A DNA stretch of 64,000 nt from Diadema antillarum (taxonomy: Eukaryota). The stretch spans positions 1,364,001 to 1,428,000 of the forward strand of contig NW_027270931.1 of the NCBI RefSeq assembly GCF_040938485.1, written 5' to 3'. Both the position numbers and the translations under genes were made by a program. Below are positions 13,215-25,300 of this stretch, piece by piece (positions within the stretch are counted from its first letter, which is position 1; every line of letters begins with the position of its first letter). The notes beneath the pieces were generated by a model. That model was not told the DNA's origin. It worked only from the letters and a program-made list of their open reading frames with translations, and made no database searches.

Positions 13215-16200
13215 TTCAGTTCAGTTCAGTTCAGTTCAATCATAGTTTATTTCCAATCAGCGAAAATCAAAACGTAATACAAAGTATACATATCATAAAA
13301 TGATATTGTCTAAACTTTTACAAAAGGTTCATGTAATATACGAAATAAATTATATACATCAACATATGTACAATAATCAGAAGGAACGATGCGTATACAT
13401 GTATACTTCGCGAGCTTTCAGAAAATAACTTCAATTTTGGAAAATAGCGATCCACTAAAAAGCTAAGCTTGTAGGACGTGGATCGCTAGATAATTGATGA
13501 GTAAGCAATATATTATTCAAGTTTGTTTTATCATTTTCTTACAGCATTTGTATTGAATGTCATTTGTAAAAATATAGCTATTTTGAGATACGCTGGCTTC
13601 GACAATAATAGGAAATAAGAATAGAGTATCAATGCTAATGCCCAGACGGTGTTCATTGAACTGGTGTACCGGGAAAATATGAGAAGGACGACACACTCGT
13701 ACAGACATTCAGTTACCCACACACATATACGACGCGAGACAGTACCGAGAAGAGAGAAGACGGTGACAATACAAGTCTACGAGGAACAAAAGACAGGAAG
13801 GAAGAGGAAAGAAGAAAAAAGAGAGAAGAGAGGTCTGCATACAGAACACGCCAAGTGCTGCGACATCAGGACAGGTGAAACCTCAAGCATAAATTAAAAC
13901 AGTTAATTCAGATTATCTAAAATTATAAGTAGACAATAAATGTTTTCTGAATTTGTATTTAAACGTGAGGAATGAGGGTGAATCTTTTAAGCTATCATCT
14001 AGATTATTCCAAAGTCTGGGTCCGGTATACAGAAATGTATTTTGGGCATGTGCGGTTCTCATTAATGGAAGATGGAATTCGTCGGATCGTCGCGTAGGAT
14101 AATTATGTACATGACTGTTTCGATGAAAAGAGTTGTGAAATATTTTGGGTAAAAAGTTGCTGTTATAATTAAACATGAACTGACCAAGTTGAAACACATA
14201 CAAATCTTTTATTTTTAGTATTTTATGGTCAAAAAACAAAGGATCTGTATGTTCTCGTGTATTTAGGCTAAAAACAGTTCTGAGCGCTTTCTTTTGCAAT
14301 AAAAAAAGTTTATCAAGTAATATCTGATATGTATTACCCCAAGCAAGAATCCCGTAGTTTAGATAAGGTAGTATCAAACTAGAGTAAAGAGTTAATAATG
14401 CATATGAAAGAAGATAATATTTTAATCTGTTCATTACGCCAATGTTTCGTAAAATAATTTTACATATGCTATCAATATGATTCCTCCATGAAAGCTTGTT
14501 ATCAACGCAAACACCAAGAAATTTAAAAGTAGAAACTTCTTCTAGGGGAGTAGTGTCAAATGATACATTGCTCAGGAGGCTATCTAAAGAGTTACTAAAA
14601 AGCATGAATTCTGTTTTTTGAATGTTAAGTGACAATTTATTTGCGTATATCCATTGTATGACCTTTTTCAGTTCTTCGTTTACTGTTCTTGCTAAGATAT
14701 TTGGGTCAGGATGGGAAAAGAAAAGGTTAGAGTCATCCGCGAATAATATGAATGATAGTTTCTCCGAGGATCTATGAAAATCATTGATATAAATAATGAA
14801 TAACAACGGGCCTAGTAAGCTCCCTTGTGGGACACCACATGTTATCGTTTTATTTTGAGAGTCAAAGCCGTTGACATGTACAAAATGGGATCTGTTTGAT
14901 AGGTAACTCGTGAACCACTCCAAGGCCTTTCCACGTATGCGATAATGGGATAATTTGGCGATAAGTATTCCATGGTTAATCGTGTCAAAGGCCTTGGAGA
15001 AGTCCAAGAAGATACCTATTGTGTGTGAAAATGTTTCGAGTGCGTGTGTGACTTTGTCGATGAGGGCGAGTAATGCGTGTGTTGTGCTGTGGTTTTCCCT
15101 GAATCCAAATTGAAAATTTGAAAATATGTCGCAGGTTTTAAGAAAACGTACTGTCCGGATGTAAACTATTTTTTCAAGAATCTAGGAGATAGAAGATAAT
15201 AAAGATATAGGTCTATAATTGTTGACATCATCCTTCTCCCCTTTCTTGAAAATAGGAATTACTTTCGCAATTTTCATGCTATTTGGCACATGTCCAGTTG
15301 TAAGCGATGAATTGATAATACATGTATGTACTAAAGGGATCCACTATTTGGGGAATTATGTTTTTTATCAGGTGGTTATCAATTCCGTCGTGGCCAGGAC
15401 TTTTTCCTTCTTTCAAATTGGCAACAATCCTTGCTATTTCTTCTTTATATGTACAGTAGGGTCAAAAAATATAGTTTTGGAGTTGGGTGTATCTAAAAAA
15501 TCAGTAAAAGTTTTACTAGAAAGAGGAATATTTTGAGAAAGATTTTGTCCAATTGAAGAGAAGAAGTCATTAAAAATTTCAGCCATGCCAGCGGGAGTGT
15601 TGCTGGAGGCATCGCCCCATCGAACTTCAGTAATATTGGATGAATTGTAAGGTGTATTCATAGCATTTTTTTATATTTTCCATGTGTTTTTAATATCATT
15701 TTTATATTTACTTATCTGATTTACGTAAAAAATTTTCTTCCGCGTACGTAATAATGTGGTGAGTGTGTTTTTGTATGAAACATATTTTTTCTTATTTGTT
15801 TCAGTAGGATTGCATCTGTATTTATAAAATAAATTATTTTTTCTATTTATAGATCGTAATATGGACTGGGTTATCCACGGGAGTCTTGGAATTTGCTTAT
15901 ATCTATCTTTTATGTTACGCTGCGGAATACGGTTATCGATTCCGGAGGTAATAGTAGATATGAAGTAGTCATAACACAAGTTGACATCGGTGGTGTTGTA
16001 TACAAAGGACCAGTCGATTTCTTTGAGGCTGTTTTGGAGACTTGTAAGCTTATCTGCGGTAATCTTACGTCGCTTGTAATAGTTATTTTATTTAGTAAGT
16101 TTAATTGGAACCTGGGCAAATATAGGATAATGGTCAGTGATGTCTGAGAGGACGATACCAGACTCAGGAAGTGGAAGAACGTTACAAAAAATGTTGTCTA

Positions 16201-16575
16201 TGAGGGTAGCCGATTGACTGGCGACACGGGTAGGCTTGGAAATTAATGGTAAAAATGAAGCAGACATTAATGTTTCTATAAATTCTTGTGGGTTGTTTTG
16301 GGAATTACATTTGTCATGAGATCAATATTAAAATCGCCCATTAAAAACGTGTCTTTGTTAAGTATAATGGGATTTTGTACTAAATCCTGCATATATGTCA
16401 GAAAATCATTCAAATTCAACCGAGGGGGTCTGTAAATTACGCCAATCACAATGTTTTTTCCATGTGGATTTATCAGTTCAATGAAAAGGGATTCGAGTTT
16501 ATCGTTCATAACACTGATCTCCTCATGTATAATATATTTAAATTTTTTTCGAGATGTACAAACCAATGGCATAAT
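13215..16575 (-). mobile_element. 5'-truncated CR1/L2-group (Crack/Daphne-like) LINE: partial APE + RT, 3' UTR and (ACTGA)n tail
   Basis: ORF 13913..15007 with FSKAFDT, GVPQGSLLGPLLF and LFADD; APE motifs IGVIYRPP, MGDFNID and SDITDHYP; AATAAA then (ACTGA)n at ~13215-13253; internal stops and frameshifts. Confidence 0.9.
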
Positions 16576-16879
16576 ACAAGCTAGATTTGTGTAACAATTC
16601 CATAATTTTGGTGCTTTTGAACCCCTGCCATTCAAGGCAATACGTTTGCAAATTTCCCGGCAAGACATTTGCACATTTCCCGGGCCACGACTCAGGCAGG
16701 TATGAGACCACACGCACTGTATACATTCAGTGCAATGTAACGTGCTCCCCCTACCCAACTGTACAAGAAAACTGGCGAGTGGTTCCAATCCCTCGTGGTT
16801 CGCCCCAAGTCAAGGCAAACGGTATCAGCAAGGCACATCCATTATACGCTTGAATAACTCTGTTAAAGGGCACACAGAG

Positions 16880-17100
16880 GGAAGGTAAACGCACGGATGA
16901 CAACATTTTATTACTGAATGGTTGATCAGAGACTCGGGGTGATAATTGCAGAAGATTCATCGTGTAGACAATGATTGGTGAGTTTTATGATAACCGTGGC
17001 ATTATTAGACTCTAGAGTCTTTCCTTTGAGCATTCCCAAGAGTAACTTTGATATACTAGTAAATAAGAACAAAGAGCTAACCCCTAGATGACTTTTAACG
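16880..17100 (+). pseudogene. Second partial copy of the spacer block / candidate GPCR remnant
   Basis: GGATGACAAC...TGGTTGATCAGAGAC and TTGAGCATTCCC (LSIP) match the other blocks; interrupted by a MITE at 17109. Confidence 0.35.
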
Positions 17101-17108
17101 AACATCTT

Positions 17109-17278
17109 CAGGGGCGGATCCAGGAATTCCGTAAAGAGGGGGCGCGTTTACAAAATTAAAGGGGGGGGGGGGCGCACGCACCCCTCCCCCATTTTTTTCT
17201 TTTTATTTCTTTTGTTTCAACAAAAAATAAGGGGGGGGGGGCGTGCGCCGGTAGCGGTCCTCCCTGGATCCGCCCCTG
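17109..17278. mobile_element. 170-bp MITE with CAGGGGCGGATCCAGG TIRs
   Basis: Perfect 16-bp TIRs; ATCTT on both sides (possible TSD); a half copy at ~13125-13155. Confidence 0.85.
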
Positions 17279-17394
17279 ATCTTTTAGATACAGAAACTAT
17301 AGAGGGAAGAAAGGCATCAAAGAATGATGCGGTATAATATAAATAGTGTGCGTGTTTGTTTGTTTGTTTGTTTGTTGTTTTGTTTTGTTCCGTT

Positions 17395-19360
17395 TTGATG
17401 GAGGAGTTCCGAATTTCAAGTACAAGCATGTACCTGTATGAAAACATAAGAAAAAAAAAATCAGTTTTATGAACACTTCTCTTACAAATTCCCATTAAAA
17501 AAGGAGTCCATTACGAGTATATAAGGGCACAGAGAGGGAAGATAAATTCACAGATGACAATTGCGTACTGGTTGATCAGAGGCTCAAAATGAAGTTTATT
17601 ATGAACACTCCCATTGATAACTGCAAAATATTTCTGTTTACAGGTGTGTGTGTGTGCGTGTGTGTGTGTGTGTGTTTTAAACCGAGTCGTCACTATACAT
17701 TGGAATATCAATGGACAATCTTATCTGTGAAGCATTTTAACTGCAAGCTGAAAAACTCGACCACTTCAGGCGACACTAAAAGGACTATACCCTTGAACCA
17801 GAGTGACACCAACCCGTGCAGAGTGAATGTTTGAAGGTTATCGTTATTGCCAGTGATCTTTTGACCGCAATGGAGAGAAAACCAAAGCCCGCCCTCCGTG
17901 TATGCTTTACCAACTTACACATGCCTCGACGATGATAGAGGGGCCTGCAGATGAAATATGGATGGAGATATCCTCAAAAAACAACAAAGAAACAATAAGA
18001 TAATTCTCACTTTCGCCAATGACATAAAAAGTACGCGGATGTCGATTTTAGCGTCATTTACGGTGCATTATGGGATAGTCCAGTAGCGTAGTCACTTCCG
18101 TTCGTACGCGCGTGATACGTGACTAATGCTATTTACACACACAACCGACTGTATTCGACGTGTACTTCCTGTTTTCTCGACTTGAATTTAAGCTTTGATA
18201 TATTTAAAATTTCTCCATTCTTCAGAAATTGCTGTTAATACGACTATTGGTTGTTGCTGCGAAGCTGCCATGTGTTGTTCGCACGACAATAAATGAAAAA
18301 AAAATTCTACAGAAATAGGACCCTTACTGGCATGCGAGACGTGACGTGGCCGCGTGGGTGAAGTTTGCGGGTGACTCCACAGCGCAGTACGTGCGCTTGC
18401 GACTTACTACTAGTAATAGTAGTACGTACTTGCTTGGAAGAAATTGCTTCGGAGACAGGATAAGTTCGAGATCACGGTTCGTTCCCGATTGTGTTCGCGA
18501 CACTTCGACAGAGAACAAATAAAAACGAGATGGGCATTCCATGACGGTATCCAGGTGGGTGAATATTTTCCAGCACATTTTCAGCGTATGCAGAGATGAC
18601 CGATCAGCGGGCGGTTCAGCCGCCTACATACTGTACTAGTATCCGTGGTCGGCGCGGCGCTATAGGTAAAGTACACGTACGCGCACGCTAGCGCTGTGCA
18701 AAATATGCCCCGCGCCGGAAGTGCCCTTGCCCACGAAGTGCACTAAATCTTGACGAAAAAGCCACATCCGGGTACTTTTTACGTCATTGGCGATAGCGAG
18801 AATTACTTTTTCACGTCACATACTGGCTTTTAGATTTACAGCAATGCGTTTAATTATAATAACTACAACGCAGAAAAACTACCGGTAATGAACATTTGAT
18901 GTATGTATGCCTTTATTATATTTCGGATGTAATGCAGACGCCACATTGTCCAAAATTGAGCAGAGATGGACAGACAACAAAGGAAATGTTCAAATTTGGC
19001 TCTGATCAAATAAACATTGAATCATCTTTAGTGAGGGCTTCTAAAACCATCCGGCGGAGTTTTCAAGCTCGGGCAGCAACTTCCTTCGTATATCGTTCAG
19101 GTAAACCTCCATAAAAGGATTCAAATCTTCATGTAGCCTTCTTGTGTGGTTCTGTAGTGTCATCATACGACCTTCTTCTAGTCATCGTATCTGTTTCGGC
19201 TGTTGATTGGTTTTTGACCACGTTTGGGGTCAACTTCTTACGAAATTGAAAATTCAATATTCATGTCGCCAAACGACAGAGGGCGCATTCATCAGTTTTG
19301 CCGTTTTTGTGTAATAGGTGCTTTGAAATCAAAACGTTCCAGCGCTCGATATCTGATCAA
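17395..19360 (+). pseudogene. Candidate decayed single-exon class A GPCR pseudogene, tail-to-tail with SDR-2, interrupted by an ~800-bp MITE
   Basis: About 1.1 kb after removing the MITE; GVP-N (17403), ECL2-like SEC, TM6-like LLLVIVSVSAVDWFL (19172..19216), and TM7-like PFLC (19301..19312) in the same frame; many stops and frameshifts. Manual alignment only. Confidence 0.45.
18001..18805. mobile_element. ~800-bp non-autonomous DNA transposon with ~75-bp TIRs and TA ends
   Basis: TAATTCTCACTTTCGCCAATGACATAAAAAGTAC… inverted at 18730..18805. Confidence 0.8.
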
Positions 19361-19394
19361 ACTACACGTAATAAACTACACAGCCCCAATCAAT

Positions 19395-22300
19395 TCATTC
19401 ATATATTCTTTCATTTTTTCCAATTGACTCGCGGATAACTTCGATAGACTTTTCTCCCGTCAGATCGGCAACGCTTTCTCTCATTGTATCCTCATCGTTC
19501 GACGAGGGAACGACCAGGTGTCTGAAAACCGGCTCGTCGATCTGCACGCATTTCGTCATCAAGACGTCGACCACGTCGTCCACGGAAAAGCCGGTGGATC
19601 CCAACAATGAGTCGTAAAAGCCTCTTAGTTGACGTCTATCGATGTCGTGAATGGTGTCGTCATTACTCTGGGCTGCTAGTTGAGACAAAGCCCATCTAAC
19701 TAGTCCCGTTTCCACCTTAGCAGGCTCGAACAGGCACACCCTAAAAATAAATTAACAATCTAATACGGTTTTAAACTGAACATACTGCTATATTACAAGT
19801 AACACAGTTGCGAACATGCACTAAATCGCACAAGATTGATCAACGGTCAAACAACGTTCCCTAGAAAGAGACCATGCCATGCCATGTCTAAGAGAAAATT
19901 AATTTCATTTCATTCCTTTTCATCTCATCTCATCTCATTTCATTTACCTAGCTAGATATAATTAATACCTTTTCCAACAATTATTCAATTGCAAATATAT
20001 ATACATGTATATATATGCACTCATAATTACATAAAACCAGCACAACATTGCAATCGATGAAAATACTGTGAATTGAAATAAAAAATTGATGGTTCAATAA
20101 TCAGAATTGAATATGTTGATAACTAAACAAAATATGAATGAAACAAATAACTAAAGAGATGAACGAATAAATCTGAATAATTACTTTACAGATACTGCCC
20201 AAAGTCATCTTAGTGAAGCTTAGTGCTTCTGTGACAGACCATGAATCAAAGGAAAAAAAATTAAAGAATCCTGAATACAAGGGTAAATGTTGATACAATA
20301 ATAAATCCAGAAATACATAGACAAAGACTACATGTTCAAAGCCACAAGAGCTTTAGAACAATCAATGGGACTCTATTAGCGAACGGAACTATTTCACAGT
20401 GCATTCAAAACTGTGTATTCATTTTATCCATTTACTGTAATTTGTAAATAAGAAATATGTAGATTATATACAGAATATAAGTGCATATCATATCGGTATT
20501 GCAAGACACAATAAACGGGATTTATAACTATGCATCTAAAACAGCTACCCTCTGTAAACCCTCCCCCCCCCCCACCAAAAAAAAGGCCAAAAATCAAGGG
20601 TATATGACTGTGCAAGCGATAGGGAGAAATACTTTAAAAAGTGTAAGGAATGATTATTTTTTTTTCCTTAAAAAATAATGTGGATTTTCTTAAATGTCAT
20701 CTTCATGTTGTTGTAAAATTCTTGTTGACGGTTCCTGGATTTAACAAAAACTTTACACAAATTCAGTATCGCTGTCCGTCTATATTCATAAATTTAGGTA
20801 TTTAATTATTTGGGCAAAAATACCCTACGACGATTTGTGTGGATTAAAATTACTTTAAGAGAAAACCATTGCTATTATCTTTACCTGATGTTGAATGACT
20901 TCACAGTGGAGAGCAGTGACTCAAAAAATCCCTCCAAGGCAAATTTGGAGGCGCAGTAGAAGTCGTGGTAAGGTATACCTTCAATTTAATGAAACAGTTC
21001 AATGTTGTGCCATTGAATGGAGTGGTTTAATTTTATATCACACATATATACATGATGATATAAATATGATATTATATACATATCATGTTTAAGTTCACTT
21101 AAATGAGGCAGTACAGTGTAATGCCATTGGCTGAAGGTAGTTTACCTTCGCTGCAGGTAATTCACGTTAAAAGTTTTTTCGTATTCATAGCCTCCAAAAG
21201 TAGTTACAACAATATACTTTTGAACGACGTTGGAAGGTGACTGAAGTCATCTTCAAACGTCATTTTTTTTTATTTGGTAATACTCATTAAAGGTCATGTT
21301 TACCATTGGGAACAGTCATTTCAAAAATATTTAAGATATGACATTTAATGCATATGTGTAGCTCTGTTGGGGGTTAGGATCACTGGAGGAGTTTTACCTT
21401 TACTAGGTGGCCCCCTCTGCCCCCTGGGAGTCCTAGACTGGTCTCCCCATATCCAGCACCATGAGTAGCGCAATACATGGGACCTAGTCCCAAAAAACAC
21501 CAGCTTCCCTCATGGTGAAGACCGACCATGTGCCTGTACGAGGCGCCCCTACCACGGCTGAACATGGCGGATCTACGGAAGACAACCCCAATAAAAAGCA
21601 TGCCACTCTGGGCTGGTGGAACCCTCAATCCTGAACACCTTGGTTGAAAATCTACCTCAGGAGAAGGTAACCTCTGACTTCAAAACCCGGGCAGGTGGAA
21701 CTCGTTAGCCTTGGCAGGCCATCCACCTAGGGACTTTGCTCACCTGAACCAGTTAACCAAGCCTGTTTGGGCGGACCAGGCGGAAGAAATGTTGTGTTTC
21801 AACCGCTGTGAACGCGACTCAGCAAAAGCACTGTGGAGCGCGAAGGGCAAGTCAGAGCACGAAAGAAGACCTGGCCATCCACTGCAGCCAACGAAGCCCC
21901 CAGACGTAACGGTATATTCGTGCCACTGGAACGTGACTTCTGAGGCCGAGAGAGTGGGTTTGCTCCAGTGCAACAGTTCTCCCACTTAAAACCCATTCAA
22001 GCACAGGCTACGTTGTGCTCTCTACGTCCCACGTAACCCAACTTCTGTAAAAGTCCTGCGGCGATGGAGGAGCGGTGAAGCAACAGGTGGAGGTGACCAC
22101 TGGCAGTTGTAGTCGCAATCCCACACGTAGGCGGTTCTGGACAAGTGGTCGCTCTTCTATGTACCCAGGGCAGCAGAGAAGTTCGGCAGCATCCAGGGTG
22201 ACTGAGCAGCCCTCTTTAGGATAGCACTGCTCACCCTAGTAAGGGAGGGGCCTAAAAAAGGTGGCCTAAACATTGCCTGCCCTACTGCATCTGGTCAGTT

Positions 22301-25300
22301 TACCGCGGCTGACAGGATCATCCAACTCAGCGGTCGAAATCAAATAAGGAAACAAACAGAAAGAAAAACAAAACTGCTTTTGGGAGCATGGAATGTCCGT
22401 ACCCTCATGGACAGAGATGATGCAGCAAGGCTGCAACGGAGAACAGCCCTAGTTGCCAAAGAGTTGTCACGCTACAACATTGATATTGCTGCCCTCAGTG
22501 AAACTCGGATTGCAGAGGACGGCTCAATCACAGAACCTACCACTGGCTACACCTTTTTCTGGAAAGGCAAAGCCAAAAAGGAAGACAGGATCCATGGAGT
22601 TGGCCTGGCTATAAAGACCAGTCTGATGAGACAAATTTCAGACCTACCCACTGGCATCAGTGAATGGCTTATGACATTACGCCTGCCCCTCAGTCATAAG
22701 CGACATGCAACAATCATTTAGTGCATATGCTCCAACGCTAACAAGTTCAGAAGAAGCAATCGAAGAGTTTTATGCCGACCTCAGTTCCATACTCAATACG
22801 ATCCCGGCCACTGACAAAATCATCCTTCTAGGAGACTTCAACGCTCGAGTAGGCAGCGACCATGGTCGATGGGACAGGGTTCTTGGTAGACATGGTGTTG
22901 GCAACATGAACAACAACGGCCTCCTGCTGTTGAGTAAGTGTGCTGAGGTTGACCTCGTCATTACAAACACAGTGTTCAGATTGGCAAACAAGTACAAGAC
23001 TACCTGGATGCATCCCAGATCAAAACAATGGCACCTGATGGACTATATCATTGTTCGACAGAGAGATCTCCGGGACGTCTATGTTACCAGGGTCATGCGA
23101 GGAGCTGAATGATGGACAGATCACAGACTTGTCCGCACCACCATGAACTTGCACATCGCTCCCCATCACCATAGACGACAAAAGCTTGTTCGTACTGCCT
23201 TCAACACAGCCAGACTCAAGCATCCTTTCGTCCTGCAGAAGTTCCAATCTAGGCTCAATGAAAAGCTGTCTTCCACTGGACCATTGAATGGAGACCCAAT
23301 GCAAAAGTGGAACAAGTTGAAAGAAGTGCTGACCGACGCTGCCAAGCTAGAGCTTGGCCTCAAGAAGCGACACCACAAGGAATGGTTTGATGAGAACAAT
23401 GCTGCCATCGATGAGCTGCTTGCCGAAAAGAAGAAGGCTTTCATGGAATGGCAGAACGACAATGACTCCATCTCTAAGAGGAACAGATTCAGGTCGTTAC
23501 AGAAAAAGGCCCAACAAAAACTGCGCAAAATGCAAGATCAATGGTGGGAGAAAAAAGCTGAAGAGATCCATAGTTTTGCTGACTCGAACCAATCTAAAGA
23601 GTTCTTCAGCTAAATCAAAGCAGTCTTTGGCCCTGTAAAATCAGGCTCCTGTCCATTGCTTTCAGCAGATGGAAACACCTTGATCAGGGACATGGCTGGC
23701 ATAAATGAGAGATGGAAGAAACACTTCAGTCAACTCCTGATCACTCGTCTGCAGTTGAACAAGCCGCACTTGATCAGGTCCCACAGCAAACAGTGAAAGA
23801 GGAACTTGATGTTCCCCCATCAATAGCCGAAGTCAAGAAAGCCATCAAACAGATGAAGCCAGGAAAGGCATCTGGCCACGGCGGTATTCCTGCAGAGGTG
23901 TACAAGGCACTCAGCGACCAGGCCTTTGAGGCATTCTACTATGTTCTTACCAGTATCTGGAATGAAGAAAAAATGCCAGCTGACTTGCGTGATGCCACTA
24001 TAGTTGCCTTATTCAAAAACAAAGGCTCAAGAGCAGACTGTGGAAACTACAGAGGCATATCCCTCTTGTCCATTGCCATAAAAATTCTTGCCCGTGTCAT
24101 TCTGAATAGGCTGATCTCCACAGTTGCAGAGAAAAACCTCCCTGAGACTCAGTGTGGTTTTCGACGCAATCGTAGTATAGTCGACATGGTCTTTGTTATG
24201 AGACATGTCCAGGAAAAGTGCATCGAGCAGAACATGAACCTCTATGCTGCCTTCATAGATCTATCAAAGGCAATCGACAGTGTGAACAGGGAAGCTCTCT
24301 GGACAATTCTAAGAAAACTTGGCTGTCCAGCAAAGTTCACTACACTCATTAGACTGTTCCATGAAAATATGACTGGTCAGGTTCTGTCAAACGGTAAACC
24401 ATCCGAAAAATTTGCCATCTCCAATGGTGTAAAGCAAGGTTGTGTGCTCGCCCCTGTGTTGTTGTGCAACCTCTTCTTCGCACAAGTCCTGTTCCACGCT
24501 GTCAGAGACCTTGACCTCGGCATCTACATCAGGTACAGATTAGATGAGTCGATGTTGGATCTGCGACGCCTTGCAGCAAAGACAAAGGTGCTGGAAAGGC
24601 TCATTCTTGAAGCTCTGTTCGCAAATGATTGTGCTCTGATGGCACAGGGAGAGAATCACCTACAGCTGATCGTCAACAAGTTCTCTGAAGCGTCGAAGAT
24701 GTTTGGCCTTACAGTCAGTCTCAGAAAGACAGAAGTCCTCCTCCAGCCAGCACCGAACAGTGCACCCTGCCAGCCAAGCATCACTGTTAATGGCACACAT
24801 CTTAAGAATGTCAAAAGCTTCAAACACCTGGGCAGTACGCTCTCCAGTGACGGTACTCTTGACAATGAAATAGCAGCAAGAATACAGATGGCCAGCTTGG
24901 CACTTGGAAGACTACGCACGAAAGTCCTACAACACAAAAACGTTCGCCTTCAACCAAACTCAAGGTGTACAACGCAGTTGTCCTGTCATCTCTGCTCTTC
25001 GGCTGCGAAACATGGACCCTGTACCGCAGGCATACCAAAAAGCTGGAACCGTTCCACATGCGCTCTCTGCGGTCCATTATGCATATTCGATGGCAAGATC
25101 GCATCACAAACCAAGAGGTCTTGGACAGAGCCAGGACATCAAGCATTGAAACCAAAATCCTCCAAGCTCAACTTCGATGGTCCGGTCATGTCATCCGCAT
25201 GGAAGAGTCAATAATCCCTCGTCAGCTCCTCTATAGCGAGCTGTCACAGGGCTATCGCAATCAAGGCCGTCCCAAGAAACGTTATAAAGACAATCTCAAG

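Noticed and set aside
16575-16870. GC-richer segment upstream of the LINE APE (weak GH..TT.Y resemblance to tyrosine recombinases)
   Set aside because: Too short and ambiguous; no other catalytic residues found.
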